From contig MEUB01000027.1 in the NCBI GenBank assembly GCA_001771535.1, forward strand, positions 20,601 through 84,600: a stretch of DNA of 64,000 bases, in the 5' to 3' direction. Every line of letters begins with the position of its first letter. The first letter of the stretch is position 1. The stretch comes from a candidate division WOR-1 bacterium RIFOXYB2_FULL_37_13. Its GTDB lineage: Bacteria; Margulisbacteria; WOR-1; XYC2-FULL-46-14; XYC2-FULL-37-10. Of the stretch, positions 10,550-20,152 are shown one piece after another. A program made the position numbers and the translations under genes. The notes beneath the pieces are model-generated. The model did not search any database, was not told where the DNA came from, and saw only the letters and a program-made list of their open reading frames with translations.

Positions 10550-11559
10550 CTATTCGCTATCTCTTTTATTAATGTTTTAACAAAATACTCATTAGAGAAC
10601 TGGTAAGCCGCATTGCTATTAAGAAATTTTTCTATACTATTTAAATAATTGACATATTTATCATCCCTTATATTGCTAATAAAAGCATATAAACTATCAT
10701 AACTATTAAATTTTCTTTTATCAATAAAACATTCTGATGGAATATATTCTGTTACATTATCTGCCCCTAAGTAAATTGGAACACAAGCTGAAAAGAAACA
10801 ATCAAAAATCTTTTCCGTTATATATCCTGATATATCTCTGGCATTCTCATAACAGATAGAAAACTTATATTTCAATAGAACATCATTTTTCCTTTTTACT
10901 GTGCCTTTATAACTAGGGAACGGGGGCATAATTTTTTTGCGCATCTTATTGAATAGCTTTACGAATAAAGAATTGGAAGACGGATAGTCATCCCAACCAA
11001 AACCATACAAATCAAAATCCTTAGGATGATTTTTTCCAAACCATCGGATCGCCTTAATTCGTTCGGAATATAATTCCAAAGCAGATTTTAAGCTTTTATT
11101 CCCAGCTATCATAGTACAAAGTTTTTCCTTCACTGAAATATCTTTATTTATCTGACTTGGCAGTTTAAAAGAATAATTTATCTTAAAATATTTATTATTA
11201 TCAATATAGTCGTCGTAATAGGTGAATATTTTTTTAAAATATTTATGTTTTGATAGATCAAAATTGCCAGAGTGTATCAAGCCATTTTCAACAATTAATA
11301 AATATATGGATTTATTATTATTAATAGCAAACTTAAAATATTTATTATTTAAATCAGGCATATCTATAAAAAAGAAAGCATCCACAGAAGCCATGTCAAC
11401 TAAATCTGGAGTGCTTACCTTTATACCATGACCTTCAGCATAAGCCTTTAAATCAATCCAAGGCTGAAGCAAGTTATCTCCTATCGAAACGTTTGGATTG
11501 TTAAACAAATAGTTATTTTTTGTGATTTCCTCATAAACATTACAAAATACAATTATCAT
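10546..11559 (-). CDS. GT10-family alpha-1,3/4-fucosyltransferase-like glycosyltransferase
   Basis: YKFSICYENARDISGYITEKIFDCFFSACVPIYLG closely matches the conserved GT10 motif (Helicobacter FucT: YKFNLCFEN..GYVTEKI.DAYFS..IPIYWG). Confidence 0.7.
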   Translation of the reverse strand: MIIVFCNVYEEITKNNYLFNNPNVSIGDNLLQPWIDLKAYAEGHGIKVSTPDLVDMASVDAFFFIDMPDLNNKYFKFAINNNKSIYLLIVENGLIHSGNFDLSKHKYFKKIFTYYDDYIDNNKYFKINYSFKLPSQINKDISVKEKLCTMIAGNKSLKSALELYSERIKAIRWFGKNHPKDFDLYGFGWDDYPSSNSLFVKLFNKMRKKIMPPFPSYKGTVKRKNDVLLKYKFSICYENARDISGYITEKIFDCFFSACVPIYLGADNVTEYIPSECFIDKRKFNSYDSLYAFISNIRDDKYVNYLNSIEKFLNSNAAYQFSNEYFVKTLIKEIANR

Positions 11560-11587
11560 AAAACAATATTCTCCTAAAACATTCTTT

Positions 11588-12313
11588 CTATACCTTATAA
11601 AAATTAAATTTAGATAAAATATTTCTAAAAAAAAGAGACTTCTTGCTCAATTCATAAGGCGCTCTCGTGGTAGCAGATACACCAATTATATCAGGATAAA
11701 TTAAAAAATTAGGCATATCTAAATCCTTTAAAGAATTATAAAACAAATTTTCCAAGGATTTCCCATTGAAATCATCGACATCCATATATAAATTAAAAAG
11801 ATATTTCTTATAAAAATCCATGCTAAACTTAAAAAATCTCGTATCAACCTGATCCTTAATATTATGACAAAGCTTATTAAATATGTTTTTCACGCTTTCA
11901 TGTTTTTGGAAAATTAGGTTAAAATTCCTTATAAATAAACGTCCAGTTATTTTATAAATAGATACATCCTGAGTTATGATCTTGCTATTATCCAAAGCGT
12001 ATTTTATTATTTCCCCTTCTCCATATCCTTTCCCTCTTACAAAAGAACCCTTGTTGCCATCAAAAACTAAAATCTCTAAAGTCTTATTTAGATATTGTGC
12101 TAAATCATGTAAAAAATCATAGTCATACTTAAAATTACTATTTTCACAAAAAATAATGTTTTTGATATTTGTATTAACCATCCAACAAATAATAGAATAT
12201 ATATATTGCTGCAATCGTTCTTTGGGAGAAGTTATTTTAACAAATGGTGTTCCCCCAGGGGCTATGCATCCTGTCATTAACAGAAAAGTTTTATGGCGTG
12301 AGGGGTTTAACAT
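11588..12313 (-). CDS. Hypothetical protein with no motif I can recognise; true start may be the internal Met near 12277
   Basis: 241 aa ORF in the operon frame with a tight gene junction. Confidence 0.35.
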   Translation of the reverse strand: MLNPSRHKTFLLMTGCIAPGGTPFVKITSPKERLQQYIYSIICWMVNTNIKNIIFCENSNFKYDYDFLHDLAQYLNKTLEILVFDGNKGSFVRGKGYGEGEIIKYALDNSKIITQDVSIYKITGRLFIRNFNLIFQKHESVKNIFNKLCHNIKDQVDTRFFKFSMDFYKKYLFNLYMDVDDFNGKSLENLFYNSLKDLDMPNFLIYPDIIGVSATTRAPYELSKKSLFFRNILSKFNFYKV

Positions 12314-13253
12314 GTTTTTTGATTTTTTTTAACCCTGCTTTAATAAAACGAAATATTGAATAATTAAAAAATAAAAATGGCAACAAAAAAACAAAAACTT
12401 TAAATTTAAACCCGTAGCTGCAAATAATTGCACGAGATTGCCTAAAAACATGATAGTATGCACCGTTTCTGTGAGCAAAAAGCATGATCCAACAATGCTT
12501 TAGCCAACCCCACAAAAATATTTTTGATTTTTTAAAAGGCATTAAATCCGAAAGCAATGGCATCCCAAGATGAGAAAGAGAGTAATCAGAAACTGAAAAT
12601 ATTGATAAAAAAGATTCTTCAATAATAAAAGAATGTCTTGACAATAAATGAAATTTCAAGGCTCCTTTATCTTTTGCAGCAGCTAACAAAACTGCCAAAT
12701 GAGGAAATGAGGAATTATGAAAATAAAAGGCTGTTGCAATATATGGAGAAAAAGTTTTCATGTTGTATAGGCAAGCCGAGATAAGCCCTATTCCTTCGGA
12801 AACAGGTAAAACCCATCCATCAATCCATTCATAAACCATAGCACTATCTTTTTTTGTTTTCTTATATACATTACTAAAATCAAGCCCCATATCCAAGTTT
12901 AAAGAAATAAAATCAATATTCTCATCCAATTCATGCAATAAAGTTTCAACAGCATTTTCGGTCACAAGGTCATTGTCGCTTAATAGCCAAAGAAATTCGT
13001 CAGCTCTAGCAAAAACAAACCCTAATAAAATATTGCCATTCCCTCCAATATTCCCACAATTCTTCATAAATATAATATTTTCTGAAGAATATAAGAAGGG
13101 TAGTTCATCATTTATTCCATTTGGCGAAGCATTATCATTGACAATCAATCTAACCCTATCTTTATGTTTATTAACTTGAGGAATAAGAACTTCTAATTGC
13201 CTTCTTATTTCTTTTGGCCTATTGTAAGTTGGAATATAAATAAATAATTTCAT
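12291..13253 (-). CDS. Glycosyltransferase family 2
   Basis: MKLFIYIPTYNRPKEIRRQLEVL...LIVNDNAS; typical GT2 N-terminus. Confidence 0.7.
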   Translation of the reverse strand: MKLFIYIPTYNRPKEIRRQLEVLIPQVNKHKDRVRLIVNDNASPNGINDELPFLYSSENIIFMKNCGNIGGNGNILLGFVFARADEFLWLLSDNDLVTENAVETLLHELDENIDFISLNLDMGLDFSNVYKKTKKDSAMVYEWIDGWVLPVSEGIGLISACLYNMKTFSPYIATAFYFHNSSFPHLAVLLAAAKDKGALKFHLLSRHSFIIEESFLSIFSVSDYSLSHLGMPLLSDLMPFKKSKIFLWGWLKHCWIMLFAHRNGAYYHVFRQSRAIICSYGFKFKVFVFLLPFLFFNYSIFRFIKAGLKKIKKHVKPLTP

Positions 13254-13254
13254 A

Positions 13255-14565
13255 CTAATTAATTTTCCATTTCAATGTAGGCGCTAACATTCCTAATCGT
13301 GATTCATTAGCATAAGGATTTAAGTCCATATCTCTAAAAACCTCAAACCTTAATCTGGAGTCATTGTCAGGCGGTAAAACCCAGCCTAAATGATGAAAAC
13401 AGCATAAAAGTTCTACTGAATACATCCGACTCAAAAATAAATCTATTGGCATATCAACAGATATTTTTATATGACCAGTTTTTAACGCACTAAAATCCAT
13501 ACCGCCTGAATCATGGATGTCTGATGTGAATATTAAGTTTCTTTCTCCATCATAAAAAGCCATACTAAAAATCAACCGCGAATCAGCCTGCAATAAATGC
13601 GCATCAATATTTATTGTATATTTTTTGCTATTATAAAGCATGCCTCTTGGAATATTGCCTGCTTCATCTGTTATGTAAAATCTTTTTATTTGTACAATTT
13701 CTGAAAAAGGATAACTCTTTTTGGGAGTCCAATCCAATAGAGAAATTTTTACCATAGATTCAGTTTCACTCATATATTTTTTTATAACTTCATCAACTTC
13801 ACCAATAAAACCAATTCTCCCCTTATCCAATAAAATTGCCTTATTGCATATATTTTGAATCGCACACATATCATGACTTACAAATAACACAGTCTTATCC
13901 TCTCCCATTGATACATCTTTCATCTTTTTTAAACATTTTTTCCTGAATTGGAAATCTCCTACTGCTAAAACTTCATCTACTAAAAGCATTTCAGACTCTA
14001 AATGCGCCGCAACAGCAAAAGCAAGCCGCACATACATTCCTGAAGAATACCTTTTAACAGGAGTATCCAAAAACTTTTCAACTTCAGCAAATGCAACAAT
14101 TTCATCAAATTTTCGTTTTATTTCTGCTTTTGTCATTCCTAAGATTGCCCCATTTAAGTAAATGTTTTCACGCCCAGTTAATTCCGGATGAAACCCTGTT
14201 CCAACCTCCAATAAGCTAGCAACTCGACCTTTTATAGATACACTTCCAGTTGTCGGCTCGGTAATCCTACTTAATATTTTAAGGAGCGTAGATTTTCCTG
14301 CCCCATTTCTACCGATTATTCCAACCCTGTCACCTTGTTTAATTTCAAAACTTATATCTTTGAGTGCCCAGAATTCTTCAAGATGTGAATCGTGAGTTGT
14401 GAAACGTGAATCGGGAGATGCAAAATGGAAAAAGGCATTTTTTAGCCAAAGCACTTTTTCTGCAATAACATCACGCAAAGCAACATACTTGCCATGCCCT
14501 TCCTGCTGATGTCCTATTATGTATTTTTTGCCTAGATTTTCTACTTTAATTACAGGGTAACTCAT
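13255..14565 (-). CDS. wzt: O-antigen/teichoic-acid-type ABC exporter ATP-binding protein (Wzt) with C-terminal extension (putative glycan-binding domain)
   Basis: Walker A GRNGAGKSTLLKIL; ABC signature YSSGMYVRLAFA; Walker B LLVDEVLAVGD; about 180 aa C-terminal extension typical of Wzt. Confidence 0.85.
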   Translation of the reverse strand: MSYPVIKVENLGKKYIIGHQQEGHGKYVALRDVIAEKVLWLKNAFFHFASPDSRFTTHDSHLEEFWALKDISFEIKQGDRVGIIGRNGAGKSTLLKILSRITEPTTGSVSIKGRVASLLEVGTGFHPELTGRENIYLNGAILGMTKAEIKRKFDEIVAFAEVEKFLDTPVKRYSSGMYVRLAFAVAAHLESEMLLVDEVLAVGDFQFRKKCLKKMKDVSMGEDKTVLFVSHDMCAIQNICNKAILLDKGRIGFIGEVDEVIKKYMSETESMVKISLLDWTPKKSYPFSEIVQIKRFYITDEAGNIPRGMLYNSKKYTINIDAHLLQADSRLIFSMAFYDGERNLIFTSDIHDSGGMDFSALKTGHIKISVDMPIDLFLSRMYSVELLCCFHHLGWVLPPDNDSRLRFEVFRDMDLNPYANESRLGMLAPTLKWKIN

Positions 14566-14603
14566 TTTTTCTCCATATCTTACGTTAAAACAAATCTATC
14601 CCA

Positions 14604-14638
14604 TGCGTCGCATTTGCGTCGCATTTGCGTCGCATTTA
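14604..14638. repeat. Perfect 11-bp direct repeat x3 (tgcgtcgcatt) in the 75-bp gap upstream of the wzt start codon
   Basis: Read directly: ...ccatgcgtcgcatttgcgtcgcatttgcgtcgcatttacg... Confidence 0.85.
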
Positions 14639-14640
14639 CG

Positions 14641-15996
14641 TTATGCTAAATAATAATAAACGTTTTTACCTTTTCCATTCCGCATAATAAGACTTTTTTC
14701 TTGTAAAGATACAAGTTCTCTAACGGCAGTATCTTTAGATGTATTTAATAATCCCATACAGGTTCTTCTATTTATCTTTTTGTTTTCTCTTAAATAATCC
14801 ACAATCTTTTTCTGCCTTTCATTTAATTCTTTAAAAGACTCCTCACTAATGCGATATTTTCTAAACGTAACAAGGAAGTCTCCAGAGGTTTCTTCAAAGA
14901 TCGGCTCAGGTAAACCTTCTTTTAAACAAGTTTTAACCATTCTGTTTGTTCCAGTACCCCACTCTTCAATATACTTCATTAAAAAGAAACATTTTCCAAT
15001 CAATGGATTTCTTAAAATAGATTTGTGCTTTTTCTTAAGATCCTCTGGGATAAGAGGATTTGGCAGATGTCCGCAACCCCATATTTCCATTCTATCATCA
15101 AAAACCCTAATTTGTATATTGCTTGCAATGCCATAATCTCTATGGCAAATCGCATTCGTAATTGCTTCTCTTATCGCCTCAATCGGATATTCCCATTTTT
15201 CAATCCTCTCGGTTCCTTTAATTTCAGCATGAAGCTTAATATGCTCCTTTATAAACTCTAAAGCATCATCTCGTTGTTGAAAAAGATTTCCTCCGAAAAC
15301 TTTCATATCAATGAATTCTATTGGACTAATTCCTTTAAACCTTGCGCATTTTAATTTTGCCTGTGAAAAGAATTTTTGAGTATTTTTACCAAATAAAAGC
15401 ATTGCGGCATTTGTTAATTTATTATTTACAATCAAATCTAGCCTCTTTAAAACATCTTTTGCTGATATTTTTAGATCAAGATATAGCCTTCTCTCAAAAA
15501 CTATCTTTTTAAGAAAGTTTTTTACTTGCGCAACATCAACATCCTTTAATGTAGCCCCTTTACAGCTTTGCTTATCAAACTGGAGCTTGTCTTTATGCTT
15601 TTCCAAAATCAAAAATTCATATTCATCCTTGCTCATTTTAAATGAGGATTTTCCGACTCTCTTGTATGGCCGCCCAAAAGCCAGCACACTTTTATCTGGA
15701 GATGGCATTACTTGAATTACAATAATTGTTTTACCATCAATCTTTTTCATCGTTATGCTGGGATAAACTTTAGGATCAGTTTCCTGTTGAATTTTATTAG
15801 CAAGACGCTCAAGAGTCCCTTTGCCAATTGATATCCCAATAATATTGCCAGAATCAGAAACGCCAACTAAAATTTTACCGCCTACCGTATTAGAAAAAGC
15901 TGAAATTGTCTCTATAGCTTCATTATCAAAACTCTTCTTAAATTCAACAAGTTCTGATTCGCCTTTTTTTATCAGTTTTTTAATATCTTTATCCAT
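14641..15996 (-). CDS. AlbA_2 (divergent AAA / Schlafen-like) + HATPase_c_4-like + C-terminal winged-helix protein; putative DNA-binding regulator of unknown mechanism
   Basis: N-terminal ESELVEFKKSF...AFSNTVGGKILVGV, typical of the AlbA_2 domain; central AIREAITNAICHRDY motif; C-terminal helix-turn-helix (HTH)-like region. Paralogue of 30305..31672. Confidence 0.65.
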   Translation of the reverse strand: MDKDIKKLIKKGESELVEFKKSFDNEAIETISAFSNTVGGKILVGVSDSGNIIGISIGKGTLERLANKIQQETDPKVYPSITMKKIDGKTIIVIQVMPSPDKSVLAFGRPYKRVGKSSFKMSKDEYEFLILEKHKDKLQFDKQSCKGATLKDVDVAQVKNFLKKIVFERRLYLDLKISAKDVLKRLDLIVNNKLTNAAMLLFGKNTQKFFSQAKLKCARFKGISPIEFIDMKVFGGNLFQQRDDALEFIKEHIKLHAEIKGTERIEKWEYPIEAIREAITNAICHRDYGIASNIQIRVFDDRMEIWGCGHLPNPLIPEDLKKKHKSILRNPLIGKCFFLMKYIEEWGTGTNRMVKTCLKEGLPEPIFEETSGDFLVTFRKYRISEESFKELNERQKKIVDYLRENKKINRRTCMGLLNTSKDTAVRELVSLQEKSLIMRNGKGKNVYYYLA

Positions 15997-16018
15997 AATA
16001 AATTATTTCCTATCCATC

Positions 16019-16939
16019 TTAGATCCCCAACTTTTTTAATATTTTATTAGATATAGAATCAGAATCTAAACCTATTTTTCTCCTGACAAAATCCTGATCC
16101 CCGACATATTTTACGAAACAATCATTCACTCCAAAACATTTAATTCTAGCCATTATGCTTAATTTTGATAATGCTTCTAAAACAGCGGAACCAAACCCTC
16201 CAACAATTGAATGTTCTTCTATTGTAAAAATACACTTTGTTTTAGAGGCTGCAAAAGATATCGCTTTATAATCTATGGGTTTAACTGATGGCATGCTTAT
16301 TAAGTTAACGCTAATTCCCTTATCTTTTAAAATTTTAGCAGTATCCATTGCTGTTTTAAGCATATTACCGGTAGAAAAAATTGAAATATCATTGCCTTTA
16401 AAAATATGAATCGATTTGCCAAAAGAAAATTTTGGTTTTTTATCATGTAAGCGAGGTTCCCCGCTTTTCCCAATTCTTATGTAAGTGGGCCCTTTTTTCT
16501 TATATGCTTCAACAATACAAATTTCAGCTTCAATAGGATCTGCCGGACAAAAAACCTTCATATTTGGTATCGCCCTCATAATGGCAATATCCTCTACTGA
16601 TTGGTGAGTCGATCCTTCTTTTGCATAAGTAAGCCCTCCTCCTAAACCTATAAGAACAACATCCAGATTCTGATAGCACAAATCTATTCGTATTTGCTCA
16701 AAACATCTCATCGAAACAAATGGGGCAAAGGTATAAAGAAAACATCTTTTGCCCGATAATGCCATGCCGGCTGAAACACCTACCATATTTGCCTCAGAAA
16801 TTCCGACATTCAAAAATTGTTTTGGCAATTCCTTTTCAAAATCTTCGAAAACTGAAAAGCCCATATCAGCAGATAAGAGCATAACATTTTTATCTTTCAG
16901 CGCTATTTTCTTAATTGAAGTTACAACTGAGTTTCTCAC
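16019..16939 (-). CDS. Transketolase, C-terminal (pyrimidine-binding + C-terminal domain) subunit of a split transketolase
   Basis: 306 aa; GISEANMVGVSAGMALSGKR...; pairs with the N-terminal subunit with a 4-bp overlap. Confidence 0.8.
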   Translation of the reverse strand: MRNSVVTSIKKIALKDKNVMLLSADMGFSVFEDFEKELPKQFLNVGISEANMVGVSAGMALSGKRCFLYTFAPFVSMRCFEQIRIDLCYQNLDVVLIGLGGGLTYAKEGSTHQSVEDIAIMRAIPNMKVFCPADPIEAEICIVEAYKKKGPTYIRIGKSGEPRLHDKKPKFSFGKSIHIFKGNDISIFSTGNMLKTAMDTAKILKDKGISVNLISMPSVKPIDYKAISFAASKTKCIFTIEEHSIVGGFGSAVLEALSKLSIMARIKCFGVNDCFVKYVGDQDFVRRKIGLDSDSISNKILKKLGI

Positions 16940-17790
16940 TTAATTTTATCTCCAAAGTTACAAAGAGCTTTTTTGAATTCATCCTCTTTTGGTGATCTGT
17001 AATGCCACATCAATGAATCTTCCATAAAAGGAATACCCTTACAATGCACAGTCTTTGCAATGATCAATAAAGGTTTTTTTGATTTTATATTTGCTAAAGA
17101 ATTATATATTTGCAATATATTATGTCCGTCTATTTCTTTTACATTCCAATTGAATGCTTCCCATTTCCGTCTTAAAGGTTCAAGGCTTAAAACATCACTT
17201 GTCCGTCCATATCCTTGGAAACCATTCTTATCTAAAATAACGGTTAAATTATTCAATTTATGATGTGTTGCAAAAAGCGCTGCCTCCCAAATAGAACCTT
17301 CATCACATTCTCCGTCTCCAATAATCGTGTAAACAGAATATTTTTTATTATCTAATTTTGCGCTCAACGCCATGCCAGCCGCAATAGATAGCCCATGGCC
17401 TAAAGATCCCGTAGATGCCTCAATTCCAGGAACACTCCCAAAAACCGGATGTCCTGCCAGTCTCCCATTATTAGAATAATAAGTATTGAGAATTTTTTTA
17501 TTGAAAAATCCTAATTTAGACAAAATAACATATAGGGCAACACAAGCATGCCCCTTGCTTAAAACAAACCTATCCCTATCAGGAGAAACAGATTTTATCT
17601 TATTAACATTTAAAATCTCATAAAACAAAACAATTAAGATATCAACCAATGAATATGCACAACCAATATGCGAACTTTTAGATTTTGTTATAAGCTCTAA
17701 TATTTTCTTCCTCACTTCCATTGAAGTAAACGTAAGTTTATTGATTTTATTTTTCATATAATTCTTTTTTATTTTTTCTAAACCATTCAA
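16936..17790 (-). CDS. Transketolase, N-terminal TPP-binding subunit
   Basis: GHPVFGSVPGIEASTGSLGHGLSIAAGMA...IIGDGECDEGSIWEA is a TPP-binding signature. Confidence 0.8.
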   Translation of the reverse strand: MNGLEKIKKNYMKNKINKLTFTSMEVRKKILELITKSKSSHIGCAYSLVDILIVLFYEILNVNKIKSVSPDRDRFVLSKGHACVALYVILSKLGFFNKKILNTYYSNNGRLAGHPVFGSVPGIEASTGSLGHGLSIAAGMALSAKLDNKKYSVYTIIGDGECDEGSIWEAALFATHHKLNNLTVILDKNGFQGYGRTSDVLSLEPLRRKWEAFNWNVKEIDGHNILQIYNSLANIKSKKPLLIIAKTVHCKGIPFMEDSLMWHYRSPKEDEFKKALCNFGDKIK

Positions 17791-18730
17791 TATAAAGTTT
17801 TAATCCTTCATTTAAATCTATCGTGGGCTCCCAACCTAAAGTTTTCTTTATTTTATCAATATTAGCCTGCCAAAAAGCAGGTTCGCTTTCTCTTGAAGCT
17901 ACCTTGCCCCACAAACATTCATTGCGTTTCCCCATAATACTGCAAATTACATTTAAAATATATTGAACGGAATACTGCCTCCCACTAGAAATATTAAAAA
18001 TTTCACCATTAAGCTTTTTAGCCCCCAGAGAGTTAATTATCTTTAAATATGCATTAACAATATCATCTATAAAACAAAAATCTCTGACAGAAGATGGGTT
18101 TGCCAAATTTGGAATTTTATCCTCTAATAAAGGTTTAATAATTGAAGGAAAAAGTCTCCCTGGATCCTCAAAGTAACCATAAGCAGAAAACAATCTTATA
18201 GTTATAATATTTCTATCTGTTTTTTTAGCTGTTTTTTGGCAAAATAATGTAGTTGCTGCTTTTGAAAGACCATAATCATTAACAGGTTCTAGATAATCTG
18301 TCTCACGCATAGGCTTATTTTTAATTCCATATTCCGAAGAAGACCCTGTATTTATAAATAGTTTTCCATCTGTTTTCAAAAAAGCTTCTAAAAGATTAAT
18401 TGTGCCAAACAGATTAACTTGAAACATTCGTTGTAAATCTTGTTGATAATGATAGCCTCCATATACAGCAAGATGAATTATTATGTCAGGATTAATATCA
18501 CTTAAAACACTCGAAATTTTTTCTTTATCACTTAAATCAGCTTCATAAAACTTTATTTCATCAAATATTCCCCTCAATCTCCACAAATCAGAATCATTTT
18601 TTTTAATTGCATAAACTTTTGCTCCAAGATTTACCAATACACGAGCAATATTTGCGCCAACAAAGCCAGTCACTCCCGTTATTAATATCTTTTCTTTTCC
18701 AATAAAATTATTTTTTTCTGCCTCTTTCAT
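17747..18730 (-). CDS. NAD-dependent epimerase/dehydratase (extended SDR)
   Basis: ILITGVTGFVGANIARVL Rossmann motif; 327 aa. Confidence 0.8.
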   Translation of the reverse strand: MKEAEKNNFIGKEKILITGVTGFVGANIARVLVNLGAKVYAIKKNDSDLWRLRGIFDEIKFYEADLSDKEKISSVLSDINPDIIIHLAVYGGYHYQQDLQRMFQVNLFGTINLLEAFLKTDGKLFINTGSSSEYGIKNKPMRETDYLEPVNDYGLSKAATTLFCQKTAKKTDRNIITIRLFSAYGYFEDPGRLFPSIIKPLLEDKIPNLANPSSVRDFCFIDDIVNAYLKIINSLGAKKLNGEIFNISSGRQYSVQYILNVICSIMGKRNECLWGKVASRESEPAFWQANIDKIKKTLGWEPTIDLNEGLKLYIEWFRKNKKELYEK

Positions 18731-18748
18731 ATAATAATTATTCGAATA

Positions 18749-20086
18749 TTATTTATTAGCATTAGTTTTCATAAACTCATTTACCATTTTAACAATATAT
18801 TCCAACTTCTCTTTTGTCATCCCCGGATAAACCCCAACCCAAAAAGTATTATTCATAATTAAATCCGTATTTGTAAGTTTACCTACAACCCTATATCCCT
18901 TTTTAACCTTTCTCATTTCATCAAATGCCGGATGGCGAAGCATGTTGCCGGCAAAAAGCATTCGCGTTTGTATTTTACTATCCTCGAGATAATTGACGAT
19001 TTCTTCACGAGAAAATCCTGCATCAGGTTTTACAGTAATTAAAAACCCAAACCAACTGGGGTCTGAATCTTTCAGAGCTTTAGAAAATATAAGTTTATCG
19101 GAATATTTGCTTAATGCATCAAGTAAATATCTGTAATTTTTCTTTCTCGCCTCAATAAAGCCTAGAAGTTTATCTAATTGCGCACAGCCAATCGCAGCCT
19201 GCATATCGGTTACCTTTAAATTGTATCCAAAATGAGAATAGATATATTTATGGTCATAGCCATAAGGCAACTCTCCCAACTGCCATTTAAATCTTTTCTT
19301 GCAAGTATCATCCTTTCCACTCGGACACCAGCAATCACGACCCCAATCTCTAAAAGATTCAATAATACGCTTTAACTGAAGATTATTAGTTAAAAGAGCT
19401 CCGCCCTCTCCCATTGTTATGTGGTGAGGCGGATAAAAGCTGCAAGTGGCAATATCACCAAAAGTTCCCGTATATTTGCCTTTATATGTTGAGCCAAGAG
19501 AATCACAATTGTCTTCAATCAGCCATAAATTATGTTTCTTGCAATAGTTCTTAACTTTATCAATATCAAAAGGATTCCCTAAAGTATGAGCAATCATTAC
19601 AGCTTTTGTTTTTTTAGATAAAGCCTTTTCTAGCTTATCACAATCGATATTATAAGAAGGCAAAGTTACGTCAACAAAGACAGGAATAGCTCCAAATTGG
19701 ATAATAGGAGCAATTGTTGTTGGAAACCCTGCGGCAACTGTTATGACCTCATCTCCTCGCTTAATTTTTTTATTGCCAAGCTTAGGAGATGTTAAGGCCA
19801 TAAAAGCCAGAAGATTAGCAGAAGATCCAGAATTTGTTAAACTGCAATGCTTAACGCCAATGAAATCTGCCAATCTTTTTTCAAATTCCGCGGCATAACG
19901 GCCGGAAGTTAGCCAAAATTCAAGAGAGGAATCAACAAGATTGACAAGCTCTTTTTCATCATAAACGCGCCCGCCATAATTAACACGGGTTTCGCCTGGG
20001 ATAAAATCGGATTTTGATTGTGAAGCTTTATAATAATCTTTAACTTTGTTTAAAATTTCTTGTTTGAGTTTATTTTTTTTGTTCAT
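18749..20086 (-). CDS. ddhC: CDP-6-deoxy-D-xylo-4-hexulose-3-dehydrase (E1; DdhC/RfbH), PMP-dependent, with [2Fe-2S]-binding Cys motif
   Basis: Extensive collinear similarity to RfbH: FWLTSGRYAAEFEKRLADFIGVKHCSLTNSGSSANLLA, GDEVITVAAGFPTT, HNLWLIEDNCDSLGSTY, SFYPPHHITMGEGGA, ESFRDWGRDCWCPSGKDDTCKKRF, GYDHKYIYSHFGYNLKVTDMQAA. Confidence 0.85.
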   Translation of the reverse strand: MNKKNKLKQEILNKVKDYYKASQSKSDFIPGETRVNYGGRVYDEKELVNLVDSSLEFWLTSGRYAAEFEKRLADFIGVKHCSLTNSGSSANLLAFMALTSPKLGNKKIKRGDEVITVAAGFPTTIAPIIQFGAIPVFVDVTLPSYNIDCDKLEKALSKKTKAVMIAHTLGNPFDIDKVKNYCKKHNLWLIEDNCDSLGSTYKGKYTGTFGDIATCSFYPPHHITMGEGGALLTNNLQLKRIIESFRDWGRDCWCPSGKDDTCKKRFKWQLGELPYGYDHKYIYSHFGYNLKVTDMQAAIGCAQLDKLLGFIEARKKNYRYLLDALSKYSDKLIFSKALKDSDPSWFGFLITVKPDAGFSREEIVNYLEDSKIQTRMLFAGNMLRHPAFDEMRKVKKGYRVVGKLTNTDLIMNNTFWVGVYPGMTKEKLEYIVKMVNEFMKTNANK

Positions 20087-20152
20087 AATTATCTCCCAAG
20101 TTGTCCTGATTTACCAGGCTAATATTTTGTTTTTATCCTTTTTCTGAATAAT

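Noticed and set aside
14604-14638. Possibility that the short direct repeats (here, at 30515–30578 and 42501–42535) are a CRISPR array
   Set aside because: The units are 7–12 bp and contiguous with no spacers, and no cas genes are present. They are simple sequence repeats, not CRISPR.
20087-20152. Small hairpin (cctg-atttac-cagg) between the radical SAM gene and ddhC, considered as a terminator
   Set aside because: The stem is only 4 bp and there is no U-tract on the coding (minus) strand. The adjacent genes appear co-transcribed.
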